Below, in pieces: positions 1 to 6,991 of a DNA stretch of 11,497 bases. The stretch spans positions 1 through 11,497 of the forward strand of contig JBNJGH010000104.1 in the NCBI GenBank assembly GCA_051747585.1, written 5' to 3'. Under the pieces are notes generated by a model. That model saw only the letters and a program-made list of their open reading frames with translations. It did not search any database and was not told the origin of the DNA. A program made the position numbers and the translations under genes. Position 1 is the stretch's first letter, and every line of letters begins with the position of its first letter. Source of the stretch: Candidatus Rifleibacteriota bacterium (GTDB lineage Bacteria; Muiribacteriota; Ozemobacteria; Ozemobacterales; Ozemobacteraceae).

Positions 1-186
1 TACCACAGACTTGCTTACCAGTCTGACACCATGGCTGTAATCTACGTAATTTTCACCCTGAACCGCGGTTAAGTTCTGAAGCGGGTTTCCGCCATTATTG
101 GAATTGTGCCAATCATAATATTGCCCACCTGACATTGGTCTGGGAGAAATTGTGGTTTCTGCGTTTTCGTAGATCTGTTCTACCAT
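1..186 (-). pseudogene. Partial ORF running off the left edge; probable internally deleted remnant of a conserved 'DYSHGxRLV' hypothetical protein
   Basis: Not in the ORF track. Manual translation from ATG at 186 is open to the window edge: MVEQIYENAETTISPRPMSGGQYYDWHNSNNGGNPLQNLTAVQGENYVDYSHGVRLVSKSVV. The ATG lies 1 nt after the TGA of 188..607. The motifs resemble a hypothetical family recalled from memory (MVDxIY...YGWH...PIQPL...YxDYSHGxRLV). Confidence 0.5.
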
Positions 187-187
187 T

Positions 188-607
188 TCATTTGCTGTCA
201 GCTTCGCCGGCAATTCCTTTTTGGTTGAGAAAATCAGTTATTTTTTTTGCTGTATCTTTAGATATCCAGACTTGAAGGAAAGGCGCAGATTCTTCGTCTT
301 GATGAATAAAGGTAAGACCATATCCAAGCGCTGAGAGGTCTTTTTCCTTATAAGACTTTATGTCGGTATATTTTAACTTGATCCTGTCGGGAATATCATT
401 ATATGTACCCATCATCGCCGGAAATTTATCTGCTTTTTCGAACCAGCGCAGAATAAAACCCGGCAGATATTGAATCTTTAACACAATATAATCATCATAC
501 ACTTCGATTTTGCCAAACGGCCAGGAAGCCTGAAAAGACTTCAAAAAACTTCTACCGATATGTATCCCGCCACTAGCTTCAATCAAGGGCTTTTCGTCAT
601 TTCCCAT
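188..607 (-). CDS. Hypothetical protein (139 aa)
   Basis: ATG-started ORF with normal composition, preceded by an AGGA Shine-Dalgarno-like sequence (tcct at 617-620 on +); no recognisable motif. Confidence 0.7.
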   Translation of the reverse strand: MGNDEKPLIEASGGIHIGRSFLKSFQASWPFGKIEVYDDYIVLKIQYLPGFILRWFEKADKFPAMMGTYNDIPDRIKLKYTDIKSYKEKDLSALGYGLTFIHQDEESAPFLQVWISKDTAKKITDFLNQKGIAGEADSK

Positions 608-708
608 AACAATTTATCCTAAAAAAATTTAAATTTAAACTTATTTACCAGATCCCTTAATATTATAACAACTAAAATCTTAACCTGTTTAAGGTCATAA
701 ACTTCAAG

Positions 709-3700
709 CTACAATTTACATATAAATCTGGCAATAGTTCTGAAATTGTCTGGATTTACTGGTATCTCTTTATAGGCTTTATTTTGTGAAACCAGATAAT
801 ATTTACCTGAAGAATCTTTTTTGACTTTTTTTAATGCATAGGCAGTGTTGCCTGAATTATCAGTAAAGCCAACTGCTATTATTTGCCCCTGAAGGCTTCC
901 GGCGGAAAGAGGTGTAATTGGTTCAAGAACTACCAAGTCTCCATTCGATATTGGTTCTTTACCACCATCCATTGAATCACCTGATATTTTGACAACAAAC
1001 TGATTTCTTTCAGGACTAATTTTTCTTTTTCTTTTAACCTTAATTTTTTCGGAAGAGTTTTCAAAAATTCCTGTATTAGAAATGTTCCCTGCAGCTACTT
1101 TTATATTTGTATAAAAAGGAAGTTCCAACAATTTTTCTTCATTGTCACTGATATTTTCCAAATCATTTTGCGGATTAAGGTTTTCAACCTCTTCTAAAAT
1201 TTGCTTTTCTGCAGACACTTTTTTATTATCATTTGCAAACATATTTTTATTTTTGCGATAAAAATAAGCGGCTAATGCATACTCTACCCTATCTTGAATC
1301 AATTTTCTAAATTTTAAATTATTCCACCAGTCTTTTAACTCATCACAAATTTTAAAGCTATTGTTTTGATCTTTTTTAAGTTCAAAATAACTTTTGACAT
1401 TTTTTTTCTTTCGACCATGACCGGCAAGCTTAGCTAAAGGCATTTCCTTTACAAGCTTCATAAAGTTTTTTAATGAAACATTTTTATTACCATTATTTTT
1501 ATTAAAAATAGAACAGTCACTTTGATGCGAAGGATGAGTCAAATAATAGTTTCGAAATTGTCCTGCGATCCATTCTAAATGCCAGGATGTGCGCCTTTGA
1601 GTATCTTTTAACAGAACTTTGAGAACTACCATCTTATAAGATTTATTTGGAGCGAGTTCTTTTTCTATATGCTGCAAAAAATTGGCTGCAATTGTTCCAG
1701 TTAAAGATTTTTCAAAATCCGTTAAATCCTCAGCTTTTTCTTTGACTGCAAGCCAGTTTCCAAAACATTTAATAAAAGCTTTGGGTTCTGCAGCTTCAGG
1801 GTTGGCAAGAAAATCAAGTAAAGTCGGTGATCTTCCAAGTAATTTTTTAAGTCTTTTATATTCATCAATCAATAGCTGTTTACGCGATTTTGCTGCAAAG
1901 GTTTTTTTAATATCATCATGCCAAATTTTATAAACTTTTTTGTCTGCATCAACATAACAACCTGCAGGCAATTGAAAATCTAATGTCGCTTTAAGCGCTT
2001 TATCAGCATTGTGGGAATATTGCTGATTAAAAATCAAAGGAGTGATATAGGAATTACGAAAGTTTCCAATGAAGTCCAGCACTACAAGAAATTCTTTTCC
2101 CGGTGTCTTTCGCAAGCCTCTGCCAAGTTGTTGTAAAACTACCGAAAAAGATTCTGTCGGACGCAACATCAAAACATGGCTCACAGAAGGAATGTCCACG
2201 CCTTCGCCGAGAATATCCACAGAACAGATTACATTTAAGCTATCAGATTCATTTTGCAATCTGGCAATAGCTTGTTTTCTTTCGGCTTCTGTTGCTTCGC
2301 CAAGAAGGGCAACAGAATCAAGCCCGGCTATTGAGAACTTTTTGCTCATATAATTTGCGTGGCCTTTATTGGAGCAAAAAGCAAGAGCTTTAATTTTTCC
2401 TTGAGAAGGTAAAAAGCTTTTCAGGTTTTTAATAATCAACCCTGCTCTGGTATCATTTTCGAGCGCAGCTTCAAGCTGGCTTTCATCATAGCCCCGGCCT
2501 GTCCAACGGATGTTTGAATAATCGGTTTTATCATAAATTGCATAATACTGGAAAGGTGTAAGCCAACCTTGATCTATTGCAGAAAATAGTCTTGCTTCAT
2601 AAGCAATTTCGTAATCACAAATTTCCAGGACATCCCTTCCATCCATTCTTTCAGGGGTTGCCGTTAGACCAAGTAAGAATTCACTATTAAAATGCCTGAG
2701 AATTGATCGATAAGTTCTTGCCTCACTATGATGGAATTCATCAAAAACTATGTAATCAAAACGATTTGTTGCAAAAAGCTCAAGAGTAGATGCCCTGGAA
2801 AGAGTTTGAACCATTGCAAAAACACTACAATCAGAAACAGCAATCGCCTTTTTTTGCCCCAGGTTATTTTCTCCCGTAAGCAAAAGACCAAATGAATCTT
2901 TTTGCAAAACTTCTCTGAATACTTCCCTGGCTTCACCTAATATATTGGCCCTGTGCACAACAAACAAACATCTTTTTAATTTGCTTTGCTCAAAATCAAA
3001 TGCTGCAAGATGTGTTTTCCCCAGCCCGGTGGCAGCAATAACTGCAGCTTTTTTTATTCCTTGTTTTCGACGCTGCGCCAGCTCGCAAAGAGCATGTTTC
3101 TGCGCTGGTCTGGGAGAAGGCTTACCTGAATTTTCAAAATCAACTTCAAGCTCAAGTTGCAACCTTCTAACAATCTCTCTTTTTTTAAATTGTTTTCTGT
3201 AAGCTTCCAGAAATGAATTATTTATAAATACCGACTGCTGCTGCCAATATCCTTGAAAATCTTCCCGAGCCCTCTCAAACACTGTTTTTGAACTACATTG
3301 TTCGAAAGCCAGATTTATTTCAGAGTTAGAATAATAATTCCACTCTTCGTTATTAAGCAAACCACCTCCTGTCATATTTGAAGAACCAATTACAAGAGAA
3401 TTGTGCCCATCTGGTTTGGAAAAAAGAAAACATTTAATATGAAAAGACGGTGGTTGTTTCTTAAAGTCAACATTTTCATTATCCGGGTAAAAGACCTTTA
3501 ATTCTAAATTTGGAAAAAGCTTTACAAGGTGAATAAGATCATCAGGATCATTAAAGCAATTCATCGTAGAAGTTAGAATTTGTAATTGCCCGCCCCTGGC
3601 AAGAAACTTTTCAATATGTCTTTGTAACAAGTTAATCATGCCACGGCTTAGAAAGGCACTGGCGATCATACATTCTACTGATTCTGACAATTCCTGAATA

Positions 3701-4122
3701 AGAAGTTCCAACAAAGTTGGCTTACTGGAATTACTTACAATAAAAGGATTCAGTAATTTTCCTTCGCTTAAGGAGACTGTATCTTTTTCGCTGCTACTAT
3801 AGACAGCATGCAAATAATCGCGGTTTAAAAATCTTCCTCGGCTTAAAGCTCTATTATTTCTTGTTTCTTCTATTTCTTCTTTAGAAACCTTATAATAATC
3901 TGCCAGTGCATTTATTATTTCAATCACATCAGCAGCTTCTTTTGTAAATTCTTTCTGATTATTGCTTTGAAATAACTCATGAGCTTCTTCTATCAGTTTC
4001 AACTTGAGAAAGTAAGCATATTCCTCGGTTGTAAGCTGTTTCTTTATGGACTTTTTGCCACTGTTTGAAATTATTTCGGCAATTTTGTCCCTGACCAGTT
4101 TGCGGTAATAGATTGGAGGCAT
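709..4122 (-). CDS. Multidomain putative restriction/defence enzyme: MazG-like NTP pyrophosphohydrolase + PLD (HKD) nuclease + SF2 (ResIII-like) helicase + unassigned helical domain + S24/LexA-like peptidase; SauUSI-like core
   Basis: N-terminal KLVRDKI...KLIEEAHE...KEAADVIE (all-alpha NTP-PPase). FHIK...IGSSNMT...NEEWN (single PLD motif, His at 3439-3441). Walker A AATGLGKT (~3013-3036), DEFHH (2728-2742), GLTATPER, QQLGRGLR. C-terminal LPFY...VAAG, GDSM (970-981), ALKK. ATG at 4122 (MPPIYYRK, GGGAAG upstream) is preferred over the TTG at 4173 used in the ORF track. Confidence 0.88.
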   Translation of the reverse strand: MPPIYYRKLVRDKIAEIISNSGKKSIKKQLTTEEYAYFLKLKLIEEAHELFQSNNQKEFTKEAADVIEIINALADYYKVSKEEIEETRNNRALSRGRFLNRDYLHAVYSSSEKDTVSLSEGKLLNPFIVSNSSKPTLLELLIQELSESVECMIASAFLSRGMINLLQRHIEKFLARGGQLQILTSTMNCFNDPDDLIHLVKLFPNLELKVFYPDNENVDFKKQPPSFHIKCFLFSKPDGHNSLVIGSSNMTGGGLLNNEEWNYYSNSEINLAFEQCSSKTVFERAREDFQGYWQQQSVFINNSFLEAYRKQFKKREIVRRLQLELEVDFENSGKPSPRPAQKHALCELAQRRKQGIKKAAVIAATGLGKTHLAAFDFEQSKLKRCLFVVHRANILGEAREVFREVLQKDSFGLLLTGENNLGQKKAIAVSDCSVFAMVQTLSRASTLELFATNRFDYIVFDEFHHSEARTYRSILRHFNSEFLLGLTATPERMDGRDVLEICDYEIAYEARLFSAIDQGWLTPFQYYAIYDKTDYSNIRWTGRGYDESQLEAALENDTRAGLIIKNLKSFLPSQGKIKALAFCSNKGHANYMSKKFSIAGLDSVALLGEATEAERKQAIARLQNESDSLNVICSVDILGEGVDIPSVSHVLMLRPTESFSVVLQQLGRGLRKTPGKEFLVVLDFIGNFRNSYITPLIFNQQYSHNADKALKATLDFQLPAGCYVDADKKVYKIWHDDIKKTFAAKSRKQLLIDEYKRLKKLLGRSPTLLDFLANPEAAEPKAFIKCFGNWLAVKEKAEDLTDFEKSLTGTIAANFLQHIEKELAPNKSYKMVVLKVLLKDTQRRTSWHLEWIAGQFRNYYLTHPSHQSDCSIFNKNNGNKNVSLKNFMKLVKEMPLAKLAGHGRKKKNVKSYFELKKDQNNSFKICDELKDWWNNLKFRKLIQDRVEYALAAYFYRKNKNMFANDNKKVSAEKQILEEVENLNPQNDLENISDNEEKLLELPFYTNIKVAAGNISNTGIFENSSEKIKVKRKRKISPERNQFVVKISGDSMDGGKEPISNGDLVVLEPITPLSAGSLQGQIIAVGFTDNSGNTAYALKKVKKDSSGKYYLVSQNKAYKEIPVNPDNFRTIARFICKL

Positions 4123-4217
4123 ATATTTGGGCTTCCCGGAAATTGTTATGAAAATAACGCTATCATCTGGCAAGCAAGTTGTAAAATTGCTTGCAGTATT
4201 TATTTAGTATAATCAGG

Positions 4218-4808
4218 TTAAATTTGGGATTCGAGGCGGATCTGGGTTTTGTAGTGGGAATAGGTCCATAAACCAATTGCAAGAAAGATTATGCCTAGAA
4301 TGAAAAATTTATCTACTTGAGGGCCGGGGATAAGAACGGAAAAGTCTTTTTTGAACGGACAATAGCGGACCTTAATTTTTTTGCCGGGCTTATTGTATAT
4401 ATAGGTTTCAGAGGGAACACTTCCTTTGTTATCCCAGGTATTTTCGGGTGCCATCCAGACGCGACTGCCAAAAAATTGAATGCCGCCAACTTTGTATTCG
4501 TAGGTTATATCCAAACCATAATGAGTTTCCTCGCCATACCTCTCGCCAAGAATTTCAACGAAATAAGTTAACCAATCAGGATTTGCTTCGCTTATTTTAA
4601 ATGAAACGATTTTTCCTTCTGCCTCGGGCCAGTATGAACTGTAAAAACCCACAGGAAGCCAGAAAACATGTTGAAGAAGCATTAAAACTGCAAGGGCGAT
4701 ACAAATTTTTGCAGCATTCAAATTGTTCTTTAGTTTTTCAAGGTTACTCTCATTATCAGGCTCTTTAATGCCGTATTTGCTGTATTCTGAGCCCCAGCCA
4801 AAAGCCAT
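4218..4808 (-). CDS. DUF3592-like membrane protein
   Basis: TM helix, then WPEAEGKIVS...YEYKVGG...GKKIKVRYCP...SVL, then a second TM helix, the usual DUF3592 layout. Start moved to ATG 4808 because GGAGG (4817-4821) lies 8 nt upstream. Confidence 0.75.
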   Translation of the reverse strand: MAFGWGSEYSKYGIKEPDNESNLEKLKNNLNAAKICIALAVLMLLQHVFWLPVGFYSSYWPEAEGKIVSFKISEANPDWLTYFVEILGERYGEETHYGLDITYEYKVGGIQFFGSRVWMAPENTWDNKGSVPSETYIYNKPGKKIKVRYCPFKKDFSVLIPGPQVDKFFILGIIFLAIGLWTYSHYKTQIRLESQI

Positions 4809-4928
4809 AAATATTTCCTCCCGGTTAACTATTATTAAGTTAATGTTCTTCAAGTATATTATCAGTAATTATCTATTTAGAATATTAGCAAATTTTAAAA
4901 CATTATTGTATTAAATGATTTTTGCACC

Positions 4929-4982
4929 ATGGTCATTTCGACGCTTCGACTGCGCTCAGCGCAAGCTTCGCTCAATGACCAT
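4929..4982. repeat. REP-like palindrome (family 1 host) interrupted by a 24-bp module at 4943..4966
   Basis: atggtcat-ttcgac-[gcttcgactgcgctcagcgcaagc]-ttcgctca-atgaccat, with 8-bp perfect terminal inverted arms. Removing the bracketed part gives a 25/26 match to the empty copy at 9138..9163. Confidence 0.9.
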
Positions 4983-5068
4983 TATATAATAACATACTGT
5001 TGCGATCTTTCAGCGGAAGCAAAGGAACCATTAATCTTTATTTAATGCTTTTTTATTTTGGTTCATAG

Positions 5069-5653
5069 TCAAACGACTCTGGTAAAGCCGGGGGCGCTGT
5101 AAATATTGTCGGGGGGAATGACTTTCTGACCAAGGAATTGGGTTGGCTCGATGCCGGCCTGGTAATGTCTGAATAAATAATTGATTACTTCGGTGCAACT
5201 GAAAGCTGAGGCATCATCAAAGTTGAAGTCGAAATCATATTCAAGCCCTACTATTTCTTTGATCTCCTGCTCCATTTCCAGGTGATTTACAGGAAAAAGC
5301 GGTCTTAAAACGCAGACATGGTCGGTTTTCATAAAATCAAACAAAGACTCACGGCAAACCCCATCAGAAGTGGCATGAACTATAGTAGAGAAAGGGCCGT
5401 CAGCTTTTTCGCATATTGCGGCATGATTCCACCAGCCGGGAATGAAAACTTTGTCGACATAGGTGTCGTAACGTCTTAACAAAACATCAAATCTGTTAAT
5501 GTTTCGAGCAACCTTTTTAAAGTTGTCACCCTTAATTTTATAACCTTTCGGATGATAAAGAAAAAAAAGAGGATAATTATAAAGCCTTATATCACCAAAA
5601 AAGGTGAAAAGCTTATTTTTAAAATCTTTGGTAAGTTTTTTAATTTTTTTCAT
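5069..5653 (-). CDS. Permuted papain-like NlpC/P60 (YiiX/YebB/YaeF-like) cysteine hydrolase
   Basis: Catalytic His before Cys: PGWWNHAAI, IVHATSDGV, GLEYDFDF, FSCTEVI, and C-terminal PDNI. Confidence 0.85.
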   Translation of the reverse strand: MKKIKKLTKDFKNKLFTFFGDIRLYNYPLFFLYHPKGYKIKGDNFKKVARNINRFDVLLRRYDTYVDKVFIPGWWNHAAICEKADGPFSTIVHATSDGVCRESLFDFMKTDHVCVLRPLFPVNHLEMEQEIKEIVGLEYDFDFNFDDASAFSCTEVINYLFRHYQAGIEPTQFLGQKVIPPDNIYSAPGFTRVV

Positions 5654-5697
5654 TTTTTATTCCAAGTATCCAATTTAATTTTTTATAGAGAAATTTA

Positions 5698-5755
5698 GAG
5701 ATTGCTTCGTCGCTTCGACTACGCTCAGCACAAGCGCTACGCTCCTCGCAATGAC
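5698..5755. repeat. REP-like palindrome (family 2 host) interrupted by a 24-bp module at 5712..5735
   Basis: gagattgcttcgtc-[gcttcgactacgctcagcacaagc]-gctacgctcctcgcaatgac. The host has attgc/gcaat arms; the insert is 22/24 identical to 4943..4966. Confidence 0.85.
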
Positions 5756-5764
5756 ACCCTGTAT

Positions 5765-5790
5765 GGTCTCTGAGCGGAGTCGAAGAGACC
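5765..5790. repeat. Uninterrupted family 1 REP-like palindrome, inverted orientation
   Basis: ggtctc-tgagcggagtcgaa-gagacc. The core is the exact reverse complement of the ttcgactccgctca core of 9138..9163, with different but self-complementary arms. Confidence 0.88.
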
Positions 5791-5805
5791 CTGTAACCAT
5801 CCATT

Positions 5806-5856
5806 GGTCATTTCGACGCTTCGACTGCGCTCAGCGCATCGCTTCACTCAACCACC
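5806..5856. repeat. Family 1 REP-like host (degenerate right arm) interrupted by a 25-bp module at 5818..5842
   Basis: ggtcat-ttcgac-[gcttcgactgcgctcagcgcatcgc]-ttcactca-accacc; 5806..5838 is identical to 4931..4963. Confidence 0.88.
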
Positions 5857-5865
5857 AAAATATTG

Positions 5866-6876
5866 TTACTTAACACCGCCGAGGCTTTTTATGAGCTGAA
5901 TGGTTGATTTTTGTTTTTGTGCGATAGCACATTTAAGAGGTGTATCTTTGCTGATTTTGCCGCGCTTGTTAATGTCTGCCCCCTTTTCAACCAGGTATTT
6001 GACCATGTCATCAGCACCACGATGAGCTGCATGGTGCAAGGGGGTAGTTTCGCCATAAGCAGCTGCATTTACGTGGGCTCCAGCTTCAACCAGAAGCTTA
6101 ACCATTTTGAGGTCAGACTTTTGAGCAGCATAGTGTAGAGGTGAATAGGTAAATTTGCGATCATAGTTTCCTGCATAGGAAGAATGCCTGGCAAGTGACT
6201 CGAGTTCATAAACATTGGGTTTGGCACCATTTTCAATAAGAAATTTTGCTACTTCATAGTGATTATTTTCAGCGGCAAAGTGCAGCGGCGTTTTATTGTT
6301 TTCGCCATAAATATTTGCATTGGCTCCGTTTTCGACCAGAAATTTAACAAATTCGAAATTTCCATCGGCAGCAGCTGCATGAAGTGCAGTATATTCGGCA
6401 GATTTGCCTTTTTCGTTCAGGTTGAATTTGTGCATGGAAAACAGCTTTTTGGCCAGATCATAAAGCTTCAGGCGGGTTGCAAGAATAAAAAGATTGCCGG
6501 CATCGTTTCTTTCATAAACATGGGCACCCTCTTTTATCAGCATTTCAGCAATATCTAAGTTCTTAAAACCGATTGCATAATAAAGCGGGCTTTTTCCGCT
6601 GATTGAACTTTTATCGTTTTTGTTGGGATCGGCCCCCAGCTCAAGAAGTGCTTTGGCAACCTCGGGTTTCCCGAATTTGGCGGCAAAATGAATGGGCATA
6701 TGTTTTGTTCGCCGCGATAAGCTTTTAAGAAGCTTTTTATCGGCTTTTATCATTTTTGTAACTTTTGCAACATCGCCCGCTCTTATCGCTTTAAATATTG
6801 GCTTATCTTCGGCAGCAAAGTTTACAGGTAAAAACAAAGAAAGAAACAACAGTGTTGTAATTAAATACTTGTTCAT
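5866..6876 (-). CDS. Secreted ankyrin-repeat protein (~336 aa, about 8-9 repeats)
   Basis: Repeated TPLHxAA...VKxLxExGAxxN units. Start moved to ATG 6876 (GGAGG at 6883-6887), which gives a Sec-type signal peptide MNKYLITTLLFLSLFLPVNFA. Confidence 0.92.
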   Translation of the reverse strand: MNKYLITTLLFLSLFLPVNFAAEDKPIFKAIRAGDVAKVTKMIKADKKLLKSLSRRTKHMPIHFAAKFGKPEVAKALLELGADPNKNDKSSISGKSPLYYAIGFKNLDIAEMLIKEGAHVYERNDAGNLFILATRLKLYDLAKKLFSMHKFNLNEKGKSAEYTALHAAAADGNFEFVKFLVENGANANIYGENNKTPLHFAAENNHYEVAKFLIENGAKPNVYELESLARHSSYAGNYDRKFTYSPLHYAAQKSDLKMVKLLVEAGAHVNAAAYGETTPLHHAAHRGADDMVKYLVEKGADINKRGKISKDTPLKCAIAQKQKSTIQLIKSLGGVK

Positions 6877-6991
6877 TATTTTCCTCCAAATTTTGATTAG
6901 TAAAAGATTATCGCGAAATTTAAGCGTTTTCAATTAAAAATCTGAACTGGCTTAAAATTTAAATTAAGAATAACTGACCGCGCGTAGCAAG

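Noticed and set aside
1682..3202. Short ORFs 1682-1933, 2069-2353, 2748-2936 and 2945-3202
   Set aside because: Antisense or out-of-frame shadows inside the well-supported helicase gene.
709..4122. Type I or Type III R-M restriction subunit, or a LexA repressor
   Set aside because: No hsdM/hsdS/mod gene lies nearby, the nuclease is an N-terminal PLD rather than PD-(D/E)xK, and the S24 domain is attached to a helicase rather than a repressor HTH.
4123..4173. 17-codon TTG-started N-terminal extension of the fusion protein
   Set aside because: The MazG-like motif (YxKLVRD) normally lies at the very N-terminus, and ATG 4122 has a purine-rich upstream sequence.
4187..4213. Plus-strand TTGCTT...TATAAT antisense promoter
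   Set aside because: The spacer is only 15 nt, it lies in AT-rich DNA where such matches are common, and no supported plus-strand gene follows.
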